From Eledone cirrhosa (taxonomy: Eukaryota), in NCBI GenBank assembly GCA_964016885.1, contig OZ024762.1, positions 24,614,001-24,678,000 of the forward strand: a stretch of 64,000 nt of DNA, given 5' to 3'. The notes beneath the pieces were generated by a model. That model was given only the letters and a program-made list of their open reading frames with translations. It made no database searches and was not told where the DNA came from. Shown here piece by piece: positions 59,214 through 64,000 of this stretch. Each line of letters opens with the position of its first letter. The stretch's first letter is position 1. The position numbers and the translations under genes are program-made.

Positions 59214-59396
59214 ATAGGAACAAGTAAGACCCCGACGGCTGAGCTCAAGCCGTTTCGACGGCTAATTCTGGACTGAATGAAAATTTATTCTGGTATTTAA
59301 ATAGCCGAGCTAAATACCAGAATAAATTTTCATTCAGTCCAGAATTAGCCGTCGAAACGGCTTGAGCTCAGCCGTCGGGGTCTTACTTGTTCCTAT
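59214..59396. repeat. Perfect palindrome with about 86-bp arms and an 11-nt loop
   Basis: 59214-59299 is the reverse complement of 59311-59396. Confidence 0.9.
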
Positions 59397-59472
59397 TACC
59401 CACTCTACTACCCTAAGTATTGAGTACTTTGGTGCGTTATGGTCCATCTGGTTCCTTACCACATTTACTTCG

Positions 59473-59553
<81 letters not shown>

Positions 59554-59963
59554 CTGTTTTTACCACCAGAGTGAAAGACAGATTAATAAAATGAAAAAAG
59601 TACTTCCATATCTTAATTAGAGCGCAAGACACATTCTCTGAAACACCTGCTGATGAACTATGGATAATGTGATCTTTGTGGCGGATTAGCGAAGCAATCC
59701 CACCATGGGCTGACCAGGTGTCATAGATATGGAAGTACTTTTTTCATTTTATTAATCTGTTTGATTGTAATGTTTTTTCTCGTACCTTACACAGTCTATT
59801 TCTCTTTCACTCTGGTGGTAAAAATACCCTGTAATGAAAAAAAACGTGTTCTTTTCATGTATCCTCTACTTTATATTTTGAAGAGCCCGGAAAAAATTTC
59901 CTTAAGCTCTTTATATTACAGGGAACAACGCAAGTCCTTTACTCCGTTGCTTCATTTGATATG

Positions 59964-60077
<114 letters not shown>

Positions 60078-60378
60078 CACATATCATATATATATATATA
60101 TATATATATTTATTAAAATAACAGATTAAAGTTTAAGCAAAGAATCGGTGCTTTCACCCTTAACGGGATCTTCTGAAACTAACAAAGTCAATCTGTAAAC
60201 GCAGAAGTGGATATTTCAAAAAACGTTGCAGCCGGAGGAAGACAGGAAGACGATACTTTGGTTCGTGGAAACGTTCCCTTTCAAAGAACGGGAAAAAACG
60301 AATATAATATATATATATACACATATCATATATATATATACATACACACACACATATATATATATATATATACATATC

Positions 60379-60411
<33 letters not shown>

Positions 60412-60548
60412 CACACATATATATATACACATATCATATATATATATATTAAAATAACAGATTAAATAGATTAATAAATATTTGCTCTAGGGTTCTTATA
60501 TATTTGATATATATTTATCCTGGGTTTTAGTCTTCACATTTATTATTA

Positions 60549-60609
<61 letters not shown>

Positions 60610-61297
60610 CGAACACAGTCATATATATATATATATATGACTGTGTTCCAATTTTTTCTCTTTCATTAAATTAGTTTCATGTTTTCTTATTAGTCACTAG
60701 TGATTAGGGTCCTGGGAATAATGTAACTGAGAAAATCGTCCTCAACGTATATACCCTAGCCTCATCCCACCCTCATATCTGAATATTTCACTTAAGTTCT
60801 ATCACATATATTGGTTTTTAAGATTAGCATTTTATCATTAATGCAGCTCCCATGGTTATTAAATCTCCCAGACCTTAGTCGAACTAAATATAGGACGTTA
60901 GCGTTATCATATGAGTTTATTTTTCCTTTTTAGCTATGTATCCTGTTTTGTATTACGTTATATTATGCTGTTAGAGTACCTTGTTGTAAATGCATGGCTA
61001 AACAATGAGAAAGTGTCGTATTTGTGTGTCCACAGTATCAATTTCTGTCATGACGTTTACAACTATCATGTTTACGTTGTAACTAATATACTAAACTGGA
61101 TGTCTGAGACGTATGCTTTGTGAATTATTGCTCTGTGGTTTTTTTCATGGAGATGAGATGGATTTTAATGTTAGATTTTTGTAATATATTCTGACTACTA
61201 GAGTCTAGTCAGATGTGACACATGTATTGCTGTTTATACACACACACGTATATATATATACACACAAATATACACACACAAATATACACACACAAAT

Positions 61298-61330
<33 letters not shown>

Positions 61331-61426
61331 CACACGGGGTGTCCCCCCAACAATTTTACACACTTTGATTACCTGTACTATTAGACTGACTGCTGTTGAA
61401 GTGTGTATACATTTATTTGCGGACAT

Positions 61427-61496
<70 letters not shown>

Positions 61497-61501
<5 letters not shown>

Positions 61502-61662
61502 GTTTCTACTTTAGGTACACGGCCAATAATTAGCCACAGTACATTACTGGTACTTTATTTTATCGACCCCGTAAGGATGAAAGGCAAAGTTAACCTCGGC
61601 GGGATTTGAACTCAGACTGTAAAGGGACGTAACTATGCTTGAAAGCATGGCGTCCAACCCTG
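61497..61662 (-). mobile_element. Meta-like SINE
   Basis: Close copy of 8362-8546. Confidence 0.8.
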
Positions 61663-61751
61663 ACTCCTTCTCACATACATATATATATATATGTAATGAC
61701 TCCTCACATCTCGCTCTCTCTCTCCCTCCTTCTCCCCCTCTCTCTCTATAC

Positions 61752-61784
<33 letters not shown>

Positions 61785-61873
61785 CATAAAATAGCTCTCC
61801 CTCACTCTTTCATACACACATAAACATACATACATACACTATATGTATGTACGAGAGAGAGAGAGCGAGAGAG

Positions 61874-61930
<57 letters not shown>

Positions 61931-61949
61931 TAGAGAGAGAGAGATAGAT

Positions 61950-62004
<55 letters not shown>

Positions 62005-62500
62005 AAAGCAAAGACAGATAGACAGACAGACGGAGTAATACCAACATATTTCAATAAACCCTTCTCTCCATTGCTACTACGAAGGTTTATAGACATGTAG
62101 TAGGAGGGAGATTTCTGTACACATCATCCATCAATATTTGAAAGAACCTTCAGGAAGTTTCCACTGGAATCACCAAGGACGACCGAATGCAAATATCCAA
62201 AAGCCGACTGGATAAACATTTCCTCTCAGACTTTCTCCCAAGATAATTAGCGTGCATTTCTGATTCTAAACTTTCAACTCTTTCTTTCAGACCAGAATAT
62301 TCGTACACAAAACCAACCAAACAAACACACACACATGTAAATGTATGTGTGTGTGTGGTTGCTGTTTTAGGATGTAGTCATCACGTTGCTTTGCGATGAA
62401 AAAAGTAGAGACGGTTGATAAATTAAATGGGTTATCTCTGTCGTCTGAAAAAAAAAACAAAAAAACCCCAACAAAACAACAGCGTGTCTCCCTTACCATC

Positions 62501-63018
62501 CTCCGGGGAAACGCCTTCTCCATTCTGTCCGCCGGGGCTGTAAGGAGGCCATCTCCAGAGAAACGCCTTTTCCATTCTGTCCGCCGGGGCTGTAAGGAGG
62601 CCATCTCCAGAGAAACGCCTTCTCCATTCTGTCCGCCGGGGCTGTAAGGAGGCCATCTCCAGAGAAACGCCTTCTCCATTCTGTCCGCCGGGGCTGTAAG
62701 GAGGCCATCTCCAGGAAAACGCCTTCTCCATTCTGTCCGCCGGGGCTGTAAGGAGGCCATCTCCGGGGAAACGCCTTCTCCATTCTGTCCGCCGGGGCTG
62801 TAAGGAGGCCATCTCCAGAGAAACGCCTTCTCCATTCTGTCCGCCGGGGCTGTGGGGAGGCCATCTCCGGGGAAACGCCTTCTCCATTCTGTCCGTCGGG
62901 GCTGTAAGGAGGCCATCTCCGGGGAAACGCCTTCTCCATTCTGTCCGCCGGGGCTGTGGGGAGGACATCTCCAGGGAAACGCCTTCTCCATTCTGTCCGC
63001 CGGGGCTGTGGGGAGGCC
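62501..63018 (+). repeat. 52-bp GC-rich minisatellite, 10 copies
   Basis: Unit ctccggggaaacgccttctccattctgtccgccggggctgtaaggaggccat. Confidence 0.95.
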
Positions 63019-63044
63019 ACCAATATGATTACCTAACCCTTTCA

Positions 63045-63222
63045 TGGCAGTATCGGCAGAGGGTCGGACGCCATGCTTTCCAGCATAGTTGCGTCCCTTT
63101 ACGATCTGAGTTCAAATCCCGCCGAGGTTGACTTTGCCTTTCATCCTTACGGGGTCGATAAAATAAAGTACCAGTAATGCACTGGGTAATTGCTGGCCTT
63201 GTGCCTAAAGTAGAAACAATTA
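63045..63222 (+). mobile_element. Meta-like SINE
   Basis: Near-identical to 8362-8546. Confidence 0.85.
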
Positions 63223-63289
63223 TTATATTTCTAATGAAATGTTCAACTTGTTATAAATATATTTCAGCAGTGAATACAATGGACTGTCC

Positions 63290-63660
63290 ATGTTTTGCTG
63301 TAGCAGGTAAGGATTGGCATTACCACTGCCTTTTGTCCAGCCGCAACCTGGTGCAGTCTGCGACTAACCCAGGTTCTGCTGCACGTCGGGCTGAGGAGGC
63401 CAAACTCTTCAAGTACCGGTCGCTCTCCAACAGGTTTGCGGTTGTACCCTTGGCAGTGGAGATTTATGGTGTCCTCGGCCCTAGGGCTACCCCCATTACT
63501 CACCACCATAGGCGCTGAGCTGATCAGTCGCAGGTGTGAGCCTCGCGAGCTGGAATGGCTTTTCCAGCGCGTGTCCCTTGCCCTCCTCCGGGGAAACGCC
63601 TTCTCCATTCTGCCCAACGGGGCTATGGGGAGGCCACCAATATGATTGACTGACTTGACA
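63290..63660 (+). pseudogene. 3' fragment of a CRE-like non-LTR retrotransposon (restriction-like endonuclease end)
   Basis: AARRAEEAKLFKY…VVPLAVEIYGVLGP, then a frameshift, then WLFQRVSLALLRGNAFSIL; followed by a tgattgactgac tail. Confidence 0.8.
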
Positions 63661-64000
63661 TTTTATCAGTCAGATGTTCTAATGATTCTATATATATATT
63701 TGTCATATTTCCAAGTAACATTGTTCAGCTGTTGAGCAGTGCCTGTCTGTAACACAATTTGAATAGGTCTCTTGAACTTTACTTAGTGCCAGGTTAACTA
63801 AGCTATACAAAGCTTACAATAATTTTGACTGCTTGTCCACACAGAAATATCAGGTGTTGGCATTTTTCAGTGCTTTGACTATAACCTTCATTTTATGTAT
63901 ATTGAACAATGGGTGATTTCTACTACAATTTGGGGTTGATAAATGCCTTGTTAGTGAGATATCATAGATGGAGTAATTTGATTGGTTTGTCAATAATTAT

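Noticed and set aside
60120-60200. Hammerhead-like CAGAAGA-hairpin-GAAA on the minus strand (also candidates near 33700-33775 and 48520-48585)
   Set aside because: Core mutated and stems I/III not demonstrable
62090-62310. Possible host exon in unique-looking sequence
   Set aside because: No recognisable domain, no clear splice pair and only short open frames
62287-63045. 252-aa ORF, and CRISPR-like appearance of the GC-rich array
   Set aside because: 52-bp units are contiguous with no unique spacers; the ORF simply cycles through three frames of the unit

Overview
AT-rich, repeat-saturated eukaryotic (animal) DNA. The SINE families and the extreme (TA)n/(CA)n content suggest an octopod cephalopod (inference). 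No host protein-coding gene can be supported; nearly all long ORFs in the track are microsatellite artefacts. Recognisable content: one frameshifted Helitron (Rep-Pif1 helicase, minus strand, about 34.6-41 kb) with a duplicated hairpin+CTAG 3' end; fragments of RTE, CR1/L2-like and CRE non-LTR retrotransposons; two tRNA-derived SINE families (CORE-like and Meta-like); and many micro- and minisatellites. The most striking hidden signal is about 20 intact-looking and several decayed type-I hammerhead ribozyme motifs, found by eye on both strands (roughly one per 3 kb). They belong to many repeat families and often sit in fold-back or tandem arrangements typical of Penelope-like pseudo-LTRs or retrozymes. 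They include a 433-nt ribozyme-to-ribozyme unit and a family with a compensatory U3-A8 core. An unidentified two-ORF, possibly virus-like repeat occurs four times in the first 18 kb. Coordinates were counted by hand and may be off by a few bases; no folding or database search was run.
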